A program made the translations under genes and the position numbers. From Kiritimatiellia bacterium (GTDB taxonomy: Bacteria; Verrucomicrobiota; Kiritimatiellia; RFP12; UBA1067): a stretch of DNA of 42,202 nucleotides. The DNA is taken from contig JAFXEA010000519.1 in the NCBI GenBank assembly GCA_017521065.1, positions 1 through 42,202 of the forward strand, given 5' to 3'. The notes beneath the pieces are model-generated. The model was not told where the DNA came from, searched no databases, and saw only the letters and a program-made list of their open reading frames with translations. The stretch's first letter is position 1. Every line of letters begins with the position of its first letter. Positions 35,037-42,202 of this stretch are shown in pieces.

Positions 35037-35518
35037 GCTTTCATCTGCTCCTTTAGAAATCTAGCCATGTCCGGCGGACGATATGCGTTGAGATTCGCCT
35101 TGGCGACTTCGTGGCCCGCGTCGTCTCTGATCGAACACGCGAACGACGCGGCGTCCTCGTCGCTTAAGATATCCTCGGCCGTCACATGGTAAACGCCGCA
35201 AGCCTCGAACCGGTCGATGCCGAGCTCGAACTTCCGCGTGCCTAGCAAGAGGCCCGGACGCGCCGGCCTGTCGGGGGCCACATGACGATCCCAGCACCCT
35301 GCAAGCGCCGCGCTCGTCTGCGCCATGTACTCGATCGCCACCCAGTTCGGCACACCGCTCGCGTTGCCGAAGAGCGCCACCTGCTCTGGAGTCACCCTCA
35401 CGCGCGCCGTCAGCCGCCGCGCCTCCGGGTCGAACGTCTCAACCGCCTCGAGCAGCATCATCGGCTCGCGGTGCGGCAGCAGCTCATCGAGACTCCACTT
35501 CACAGCGCCTTCGCCCAT
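35033..35518 (-). CDS. Hotdog-fold 3-hydroxyacyl-ACP dehydratase (ApeP-like), ~161 aa
   Basis: ATG 35518. 'LLPHREPMMLLEAV' and 'IEYMAQTSAALAG' are typical of FabZ/ApeP-type hotdog dehydratases. Confidence 0.65.
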   Translation of the reverse strand: MGEGAVKWSLDELLPHREPMMLLEAVETFDPEARRLTARVRVTPEQVALFGNASGVPNWVAIEYMAQTSAALAGCWDRHVAPDRPARPGLLLGTRKFELGIDRFEACGVYHVTAEDILSDEDAASFACSIRDDAGHEVAKANLNAYRPPDMARFLKEQMKA

Positions 35519-36603
35519 GCGCCCTCCATCTCGAAAACCACGCTCGCGTTCGCTCCGCCAAAGGCGAACGAATTGCTCATGGCCGCACCCTCCACACATC
35601 CGCTCTCCAGAAGCAGCCAGCAGATGGCGGCCTCCACCGCGCCGGCAGCGCCAAGGCAGTGCCCGGTGAGGTTTTTCGTGGATTCCACTTTCGCGCGCGG
35701 CGAGGTGCCGAACACCCTTCCAACCGCGCGCATCTCCATCTCGTCATTCGCCTGCGTACCGGTGCCGTGCAGGTTGACGTAGCCAACTTCGTCCGGACCA
35801 ATCCCTGCATCATCAAGCGCGGCCCGCATCGCAGCCTCCGCTCCGCGTCCCTCCGGGTCGGGAGCCGTGGCGTGGTACGCGTCGCTCGACTCGCCGCACC
35901 CCGCAAGCACCACTCCGCCTGCGCTAGCACATGCCGCCTTCTCCATCGTGAACAGCGCCACTCCCTCGCCGAGGTTTATGCCGTCGCGGTCCGGCGCGAG
36001 CGGGCGGCAGCGCCCCTGCGAGAGCGCGCCGAGGGCATGGAAGCCGTTCATCGCAAACCGGCACCTTCCGTCAACACCTCCCACCACCGCGGCGTCGGCC
36101 GCGCCGATCTCGACCAGTCTTCTCGCGCTTGCAAACGCCTTCGCGCTCGAGCTGCACGCGGTGGAGACTACGTACGCAGGCCCCTTCACTCCAAGAACGC
36201 GCGCGAGATAGTCGGCCGGCGTGCCAAGCTCTATCTGCGAGAACTCCATCCCCATCGCCGCCGGATCGGCGCCTGCGGAAAGCCATCCGTCCACATAGCT
36301 CTGAGCCTCGTCGATGCCGGCGTTGGAGGCTCCAAGCACCACCGCCACGCGCTCAGGGGAGTACTTTGCCACGAGCGCCGAGAGCTCGGCTCGCATGCTT
36401 TCAACCGCCAGAAGAAGAAGTCTGCACGCGCGCATGTCGAACTCGCTCTCGTCAATGCGCGGCAGCTCTCCCGGCACCATGCCGAAAAAGATGCTACGAC
36501 CGGGGATGTCGCCCGAAATCTCGAGCATCCCCGGCGCAGCGCCCGCGGCGTACGCATCGAGAATCTCCCGGTGCGTACGCCCGAGCGCACACGCGCACGC
36601 CAT
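35500..36603 (-). CDS. Beta-ketoacyl synthase family protein (ApeO-like), 367 aa
   Basis: Active-site 'VSTACSSSA', plus 'DAYHATAPDPEG' and 'NLHGTGTQAND'. The N-terminus is shortened relative to FabF. Confidence 0.75.
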   Translation of the reverse strand: MACACALGRTHREILDAYAAGAAPGMLEISGDIPGRSIFFGMVPGELPRIDESEFDMRACRLLLLAVESMRAELSALVAKYSPERVAVVLGASNAGIDEAQSYVDGWLSAGADPAAMGMEFSQIELGTPADYLARVLGVKGPAYVVSTACSSSAKAFASARRLVEIGAADAAVVGGVDGRCRFAMNGFHALGALSQGRCRPLAPDRDGINLGEGVALFTMEKAACASAGGVVLAGCGESSDAYHATAPDPEGRGAEAAMRAALDDAGIGPDEVGYVNLHGTGTQANDEMEMRAVGRVFGTSPRAKVESTKNLTGHCLGAAGAVEAAICWLLLESGCVEGAAMSNSFAFGGANASVVFEMEGAWAKAL

Positions 36604-36622
36604 GTGCGCGAGCGTGAATGCA

Positions 36623-37126
36623 CTAGCGATGGCCAGGACCCTTCGGCGCGGGCTTAGAACCAGGCTTGGGACCGGGCTTGTGGCCAGGTGCCGGATGCGG
36701 CGCAGGCCTCGGGCCGGGCTTCACCACGGGCTTGGGCGCAGGCCTAGGCGCCGGCGGACGCGGGGCGACCACAGGCTTGTGGTGGTGGTGGCGGGGAGGA
36801 CGCACCACGGGCGGTGGAGGCGGGGGGATGCGGCGCATGCCGTCGCCGCCGCAGATGTGGCACTTCTTCGGCCATCCGTACCACGTGCGGTTGTAGCCGT
36901 CACCACCGCACTTCGAACACCACATGTAACCAGGCGGCAACACGCGTCCAGCAGGGCCGGCAACCACAACGGGCTGCTCGACAACCACAGGCTGCGTCAC
37001 TACCGGCTGGGTCACCACGGGCTGGGTGACAACCGGCTGGGTCACAACAGGCTGCTGCACCACCTGCGCAAACACGCCCATCGCAAGCGCCGAAGCGCAG
37101 ACGAGGCATTCTCTCTTCTTGATCAT
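36623..37126 (-). CDS. Secreted repeat protein: signal peptide, QPVVT pentapeptide repeats, two CxxCxGxG motifs, proline-rich tail (167 aa)
   Basis: AAAGGAG RBS before ATG 37126. Features are 'MIKKRECLVCASALAMGVFAQ', (QPVVT)x4-5, 'CSKCGGDG...CHICGGDG', 'PPPPPP' and 'HHHH'. Confidence 0.65.
   Translation of the reverse strand: MIKKRECLVCASALAMGVFAQVVQQPVVTQPVVTQPVVTQPVVTQPVVVEQPVVVAGPAGRVLPPGYMWCSKCGGDGYNRTWYGWPKKCHICGGDGMRRIPPPPPPVVRPPRHHHHKPVVAPRPPAPRPAPKPVVKPGPRPAPHPAPGHKPGPKPGSKPAPKGPGHR
36990..37064. repeat. Five tandem 15-bp coding repeats (ggctgNgtcacNacN)
   Basis: Units start at 36990, 37005, 37020, 37035 and 37050. They encode the QPVVT repeats. Confidence 0.8.
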
Positions 37127-37161
37127 GTCAATCTCCTTTTCTGGGTTTTGCTGACGACACT

Positions 37162-37170
37162 ATTATACCA
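37162..37170 (-). promoter_or_regulatory. Extended -10 element TGGTATAAT (minus strand)
   Basis: Plus strand reads attatacca, about 35 nt upstream of ATG 37126. It probably drives the 37126-33061 operon. Confidence 0.45.
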
Positions 37171-37314
37171 CACATCTGCAGGGACTGCCATCATTTCAGC
37201 GGAGCTCAGTTGACGTGCCTTCCGATGAGGCGGCGGCGAACGTACGCGCCGTTTCTGGAAGAACTTCCAGAACGCAGCACCAGTCACTAGGCACTAGGCA
37301 CTCCGCACTCAATA

Positions 37315-37323
37315 TGCTATAAT
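37315..37323 (+). promoter_or_regulatory. Extended -10 element TGCTATAAT, 7 nt from the panB ATG (leaderless candidate)
   Basis: tgctataat is followed by ctacgcc and then ATG 37331. Confidence 0.45.
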
Positions 37324-37330
37324 CTACGCC

Positions 37331-38113
37331 ATGAAGAAGTGGACAGTTTCTACATTCCAGGCGGCCAAGGGGCAAGAGAAGCTCGGCTGCTGCACGGCCT
37401 ACGACGCCTGCTTCGCGCGCCTCGCCGACGAGGCGGGCGTGCCATGCATACTCGTGGGCGACTCCATGGGCATGACGATGCTCGGCTACGAAACGACTCT
37501 GCCCGTGAAGATGGAGGAGACTCTCAGCGCCACGGCGGCTGTCGCTCGCGCCGTGAAGAACGCCCTCGTCGTGGCCGACATGCCGTTCGGCTCGTACCAG
37601 TGCGGCGACGACGCGGCGATGGCGAACGCCGTCGCGTGCCTCAAGGTCGGCGCAGACGCCATCAAGCTCGAGGGCGGCGCGCGCGTGTGCGGCCTCATCC
37701 GCCGCATGACCGAGGCAGGCATACCGGTTCTCGCCCACGTCGGCATGACGCCGCAGAGCGTCAACGCGTATGGCGGCTTCAAGAAGCAGGGCAAGACGCG
37801 CGAGGCCGCCGCCCAGGTTCTCGCCGACGCCGAGGCCGTAGAGGCCGCGGGCGCGTTCGCCGTCACGCTCGAATGCGTGCCGAGCGATCTGGCCGCGCAG
37901 ATCACCGCCGCACTCAAGATACCCACGGTGGGCATCGGCGCAGGTCCCGTCTGCGACGCGCAATGGCTCGTGATGCACGACCTTCTCGGTCTCAACACAG
38001 GCCACGTGCCGTCATTCGTTAAGCAGTACGCGCATCTCGCCGACTCCGCTCGCGCCGCCTTCGCGCAGTACGTCGCCGAAGTCGCCTCCGGTACCTTCCC
38101 ACCGGCTGATTGA
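37331..38113 (+). CDS. panB: 3-methyl-2-oxobutanoate hydroxymethyltransferase
   Basis: 'TAYDACFARLADEAGVPCILVGDSMGMTMLGYETTLPV', 'VVADMPFGSY', 'IKLEGG', 'GHVGMTPQS' (here 'AHVGMTPQS') and 'GIGAG' are all hallmark PanB segments. Confidence 0.9.
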   Translation: MKKWTVSTFQAAKGQEKLGCCTAYDACFARLADEAGVPCILVGDSMGMTMLGYETTLPVKMEETLSATAAVARAVKNALVVADMPFGSYQCGDDAAMANAVACLKVGADAIKLEGGARVCGLIRRMTEAGIPVLAHVGMTPQSVNAYGGFKKQGKTREAAAQVLADAEAVEAAGAFAVTLECVPSDLAAQITAALKIPTVGIGAGPVCDAQWLVMHDLLGLNTGHVPSFVKQYAHLADSARAAFAQYVAEVASGTFPPAD

Positions 38114-38255
38114 CGCCGGCGTCCGCTGCTACCGCACGAACACGGCAGTGCCCTTCCTCACGCGAAGCACGATGTCGCCGTTGCGCACATAGACCGAATC
38201 TGCCCACCTCGGCGCATCGACGAGCTTCACGTCCGCCCCCGTGAAGTCCATCCCG

Positions 38256-39107
38256 CTAGTGAGCGCAAAAGACGCCGCCTTCGTTGATCGGCACCCATCT
38301 TAAAGGTTGACCAGAGGAAAATAGTTGGTTGGTGACTGAGATAAAGTACTCCGTGACAGAAGGGTGTTTTACAGTGGCGGAGAGTGTTTGGCATGCACAG
38401 ACCAGACGATTTGAACTTGTGGCGTAATCTGGAACTCTATCACACAAAACCAGATCGCAGTTGATGGCAAGGCTTACATCATTGAGCTTCACTCTATTGA
38501 ACATCTGTACAGCCCTTGTCGTAACAGCATTGGTATAAGAGCATTTGCTAATCCTCATTCCATAGCTGCATACCGACCGAAAGCGTTCAATGCTTGTGTA
38601 TGCGCCATTAGTGGCAATTGATTCAATGAAGGAAGTCATTTCATCGTCAACGGGTCCAAACTTCACCATGACTTCCAGCGCCTTGTCTCGATGCACGCCG
38701 TTCGGATTCAATACCAGCCCCCTTGCTGCCATGTACGAGTTCGTGTAGCACAAATCGTCGCATTTATCAAGCGCTACATATATAAGAGCCTGTTCATGCA
38801 GTGAGAGCCTGCGGCAGTCGTTTGTCGCGAGGTTGGCAAGATACCAGTCGAACGCCTCCTTCTTCTCCTCGAATGTCCAGCCGTGGGACATTTTCGTACC
38901 GAGGAATCCCTCCCAGCCTTCAGGCGCAGGTTCGGTGACGGCCGTGCCGTCAAATGCCGCCTGCAGCTCCATTCTCCCGTAGCGGATCTGCCACCCGAGG
39001 CGTGAACGCACATATCTATACGTGTCTTCCGGCGAGTGATTCAACGTGGCAGATGCCGCCAATGCGAACAGCGTTGATGCCACCATCATTGAAATTTTAT
39101 TTCTCAT
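38256..39107 (-). CDS. Secreted hypothetical protein (283 aa)
   Basis: Signal-peptide-like 'MRNKISMMVASTLFALAASA'. GC is lower than in the neighbours. 11-nt overlap with the upstream metzincin gene. Confidence 0.55.
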   Translation of the reverse strand: MRNKISMMVASTLFALAASATLNHSPEDTYRYVRSRLGWQIRYGRMELQAAFDGTAVTEPAPEGWEGFLGTKMSHGWTFEEKKEAFDWYLANLATNDCRRLSLHEQALIYVALDKCDDLCYTNSYMAARGLVLNPNGVHRDKALEVMVKFGPVDDEMTSFIESIATNGAYTSIERFRSVCSYGMRISKCSYTNAVTTRAVQMFNRVKLNDVSLAINCDLVLCDRVPDYATSSNRLVCACQTLSATVKHPSVTEYFISVTNQLFSSGQPLRWVPINEGGVFCAH

Positions 39108-42100
39108 GAGTATAGACCTTTCTGTTGTCGTGCTCCAGATAGCGTTCCCCGACTTTGGGGTACCATAGAGATGCGGAATTCGTAGCCGAATCCGTAAGAC
39201 TTACAATCCTGCCATAGGGTATGTCCACCTTGTCGTCTCTGAGTGCACCGTACATGACAAGTCGTTTGAGCAAAGTTGTACGTGTGTCGTCTATGCTGTA
39301 GAATCCCCGTCCGTTCTCCGCTCCCCAGTCTCCTTTCCCGTCTGGGAAGTCCTTTTTGTGAACGGGCAATGCTCCACGTTCAATCTCTATGAATTCATCG
39401 TCGGTCAGTTCGATGTCCGGGTAACAGTGTTCAAGCCCCATGGCGTGGCCCAGTTCATGTGCGAGCGTAAACTCGTTGGACATTATCCTGCTTATGAACA
39501 CGCCTTGACCAGGGTTTCTTAACGGAATCGTAAATGCAGCAATTTTTTCCCCAATGGCGGATCTTATCATTCCTAGAAAGAAAACCTTTATGCAGTCGTT
39601 GGATTGGCAGGTGTCAAGTAGGCTAATTGTCTGATCCGTCAATCTGTATCTTTTAGTCCCATCTGGACGGACAATGGCCTGGGTCGAGGTCAGGTTCCAG
39701 TCTTCACCATCATCTGAACCAGCGACGCGAATTTCATCCAACACAAATTTAATCCCCACCTGGCTGAATATTTCGTTGGCAGTATCCAGATGCTTCATAA
39801 TTTCTTCATCCGTCCAATTCAAGAAACTTTCATTCTTCGATGGCTTGATACGAAATGCCTTTATGTGCAAAACACGTTCTTCCACCACCGGCAAGACGAA
39901 TCTCGGCTGTATTTCGTCGCCGTTGAAGCGCGCCTCGACCGTCACGTCTTCGCCCATTCCCGTCGCCACCACCGTCGCATACCATCCATTCGTGCCGACG
40001 ACCTTGCCTGGCCCCGATACCACATGCCAGTCGACATTCGTAGCCGCGAAGTCGCCGTTCACGCCAACCTTCAAGACGGCATTTGTGCCCATTACAAGCC
40101 GGGAGGGATTTATGAAGCGATGTCCGTCGGCTGTGCGCTCAGTTGTCACAAGTTGGCGAAGCGGCTCTATGCATTTGAAACCTGCAGCCGTAACATGTGT
40201 GCGACCATCCTCCAGCTCCAAAGTGGCAGTGATCGTTCCCGTGCCTTTCTTGGGACACGACACATAGAATGTGTTCGTTCCTGTGCGTGCAAACGGATCT
40301 GTCACCTCAAGCGGGATTTCCGTGGTCTCCGTCATCAAATTGGTCACGCCGTTGTCGACGTAGAACATCACAGGCGAGGCCGAACCCTGCGCCGACAGCT
40401 TCACGGTGCCGTTCGTTCCATACGGCCCTAGAAGGGTCAGCGTCACCGGGCGTATGCGCTCAGGTCGGTTCGTGGGAAATTCGCTGCTGTCGAAGATGTC
40501 CGCGTCGTTTAGGAAGAACACCTCCTGACACCCAAGCGTGAAACATGGCGTAGGCTCCTCCTCGATCCCCACCGTGAACCAGACTGCGTTCGTGAGGCTG
40601 TACCCGCCGGCGTAGCTCGTCACGAGATAGGCGTTGTTGGTCGCCCACTGCACGGTGCTGGAAGAGTCGTATGTGAGCGTGGTCGCAAGCGACTGCGGAT
40701 TGGAGAACGATATCCCCTCGCCGCCATGCCAGACGCATCCAAGATAGGCGTCGACATGGCAGTTGGTCACGACTGCCGTGAGATGTGCGCTCTCGCCTGG
40801 ACGGAGGTGCGTCAGTTCCGAGTCGTCAATGTCCACATCTGGGGTGCGTCTTATCCAGCCCGCATGCGGATCATCGAGATGCACCGTCATGTCGCCTACG
40901 TTCCATTCATTCGGGAAGGAAGAAGTTTGAAAGTCTGCATATACGAAGGTTTGAAAGTTTTGCGGTGTCACGGTACGGCGAACCACCACAGAGTTCAGAG
41001 TTGCTCCATCCGAGAGCGAGAACGGCACCTGCGCTCCGCAGTCAATGGCGTATAGCATATCCGAGCTGCCGTCCGCCATCACGGGCAGAAAGCCAACATC
41101 TATGCACACAGGCCGTCTGCCGTCCTGCAAGGCGACATTGAGCCTGACTAGGCGGCGGTTTGGATCGGACGCCCGCTGCATCACCCAAGCGGCATAGCCA
41201 CCTGCCAATACGATCTCCGCTGCGTAGCTTGGGAAAGCCACTGCCGCCCACGCCTCGCTCTGGTTCCACGCTGGGGGCAAAATCGGCATTTCCGGCTCTG
41301 GATCTATGGCGTTGGGCAGTCCGTCGAAATCAAGGTCGAGCGGATGCACACGCGAGTAGGCAACCGTGCGGTCGTCGTAGCGATACGCGAAACGTCCGTC
41401 GGCGAAAAGCTCCACTTGAAAGTTGGTGATGCTGTTCACATCGTGGTTGATGGGCGAGTTCTCCCAAGTCACCACCAGCGAGTTGGAGGGCGAGACGGCG
41501 TGCCAGAAGACATTTGAGACGCCGCCCGGCAGAAGGTTCCAGTTGAAGGACGGCACGACCGCAAGCGGCACGTCAAACGGCTGCGGAAAATATGGCGTAC
41601 GCAATGACGGACGAATCTTTCCGTCGGAGAAGACCGTCAGGCCTTCAAGAAAACCGTCGCGCCACGGGAACGACCAGCCCACGGCGGGAATGCGCATCAC
41701 ATCCACGAAACCGCCACGCACAAGCCAATCCTCGTGTATCTGCGGTGCGCCAAAGGCGTCGCGTCCAACTATCTCACAACCTTCGCGCATTTCGGCAACT
41801 CGCCAGCAGTTGGTAATGTCCTCGTCGGTGATTGGATACGCAGTGTTCCCGACATTGCGGTCACGCGGGACACGTGACCCTACCAATCCTCCCGCATGGT
41901 AGGGCGGCCAGCCCTCCGGCCGCCGCAATGGCTCGCCGCTGACTTGTCCCTGCTGCACTTGGTTCGTAGGATCGCCGGGCACTTTGACGGACCCTATCGA
42001 AACGCCAATCCCAAACATCACGGACATTAAGAAGACGCCAAGGAGGCCACATCTGCATATCTTCACGGCGGACATCTTCACGCTCTTCATCAGCGCAACA

Positions 42101-42195
42101 GCCGACGAAGCCGTGAGGACGCCGAGCGACAGCGCGACCAGCGCATACAGCACGAGGCTCTGGCATGACTCGAGAAACAACTTCACGTCATTCAT
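39097..42195 (-). CDS. Large membrane-anchored/secreted zinc metalloprotease (metzincin-type), 1032 aa
   Basis: ATG at 42195. N-terminal hydrophobic segments. The C-terminal 'FTLAHELGHAMGLEH' fits HExxHxxGxxH. Confidence 0.75.
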   Translation of the reverse strand: MNDVKLFLESCQSLVLYALVALSLGVLTASSAVALMKSVKMSAVKICRCGLLGVFLMSVMFGIGVSIGSVKVPGDPTNQVQQGQVSGEPLRRPEGWPPYHAGGLVGSRVPRDRNVGNTAYPITDEDITNCWRVAEMREGCEIVGRDAFGAPQIHEDWLVRGGFVDVMRIPAVGWSFPWRDGFLEGLTVFSDGKIRPSLRTPYFPQPFDVPLAVVPSFNWNLLPGGVSNVFWHAVSPSNSLVVTWENSPINHDVNSITNFQVELFADGRFAYRYDDRTVAYSRVHPLDLDFDGLPNAIDPEPEMPILPPAWNQSEAWAAVAFPSYAAEIVLAGGYAAWVMQRASDPNRRLVRLNVALQDGRRPVCIDVGFLPVMADGSSDMLYAIDCGAQVPFSLSDGATLNSVVVRRTVTPQNFQTFVYADFQTSSFPNEWNVGDMTVHLDDPHAGWIRRTPDVDIDDSELTHLRPGESAHLTAVVTNCHVDAYLGCVWHGGEGISFSNPQSLATTLTYDSSSTVQWATNNAYLVTSYAGGYSLTNAVWFTVGIEEEPTPCFTLGCQEVFFLNDADIFDSSEFPTNRPERIRPVTLTLLGPYGTNGTVKLSAQGSASPVMFYVDNGVTNLMTETTEIPLEVTDPFARTGTNTFYVSCPKKGTGTITATLELEDGRTHVTAAGFKCIEPLRQLVTTERTADGHRFINPSRLVMGTNAVLKVGVNGDFAATNVDWHVVSGPGKVVGTNGWYATVVATGMGEDVTVEARFNGDEIQPRFVLPVVEERVLHIKAFRIKPSKNESFLNWTDEEIMKHLDTANEIFSQVGIKFVLDEIRVAGSDDGEDWNLTSTQAIVRPDGTKRYRLTDQTISLLDTCQSNDCIKVFFLGMIRSAIGEKIAAFTIPLRNPGQGVFISRIMSNEFTLAHELGHAMGLEHCYPDIELTDDEFIEIERGALPVHKKDFPDGKGDWGAENGRGFYSIDDTRTTLLKRLVMYGALRDDKVDIPYGRIVSLTDSATNSASLWYPKVGERYLEHDNRKVYTHEK

Positions 42196-42202
42196 CGTGT
42201 CA

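Noticed and set aside
38255-38282. Apparent 1-nt discrepancy (a run of t at about 38279-38281) between my hand indexing and the ORF-track end of the 283-aa gene, suggesting a frameshift
   Set aside because: It is most likely my own counting error on the printed sequence. The supplied ORF track is computed from the sequence and gives a clean stop at 38256, so I kept the track coordinates.

Overview
This 42.2-kb window comes from a high-GC bacterial chromosome, and almost every gene is on the minus strand. One hand-counted 60-nt flank line was about 72% GC. I cannot assign a phylum by eye.

**1. Left accessory stretch (226-6880).** It holds three AAA_14/DUF4143 ATPase paralogues (one truncated), a HAD hydrolase and a degenerate tRNA-Lys-like remnant. 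It also holds a tiny triple-repeat Cys/His protein, an orphan AbiEi-type antitoxin and a recurring intergenic repeat family.

**2. Lower-GC operon (6883-26833).** Hand-counted lines here gave 33-55% GC. The nine genes span about 20 kb and are translationally coupled.
- I read the 5' part as an Ssp-type DNA phosphorothioation module, in the order SspB-SspC-SspD-SspA.
- It is fused to a DptF/G/H-like restriction module.
- The 3' end carries a second, divergent SspB-like (DUF4007-like) protein plus a giant SspC/BrxC/PglY-like ATPase. I cannot place this pair in any described system, so it is my main novelty candidate.

**3. Region upstream of the operon.** An HNH_2 endonuclease gene with a host-type promoter sits directly upstream. 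Seven exactly phased 22-bp direct repeats precede it.

**4. Right flank.** It contains:
- a HEPN-like mini-ORF, a Nudix hydrolase and a ferredoxin-nitroreductase;
- a TPR membrane protein;
- an ApeO-P-Q-R-like KS-DH-KR-KS module and an odd secreted CxxCxGxG/proline-rich protein;
- panB;
- a lower-GC pair encoding a secreted protein and a large metzincin.

**5. Promoters.** A TGnTAnnnT extended -10 motif recurs upstream of 12 host-GC genes, several of them apparently leaderless. It is absent directly upstream of the island operon.

**Limits.** Family calls rest on motifs read by eye and on remembered family architectures; no searches were run. Coordinates I derived by hand (promoters, repeats, alternative starts) may be off by 1-2 nt.
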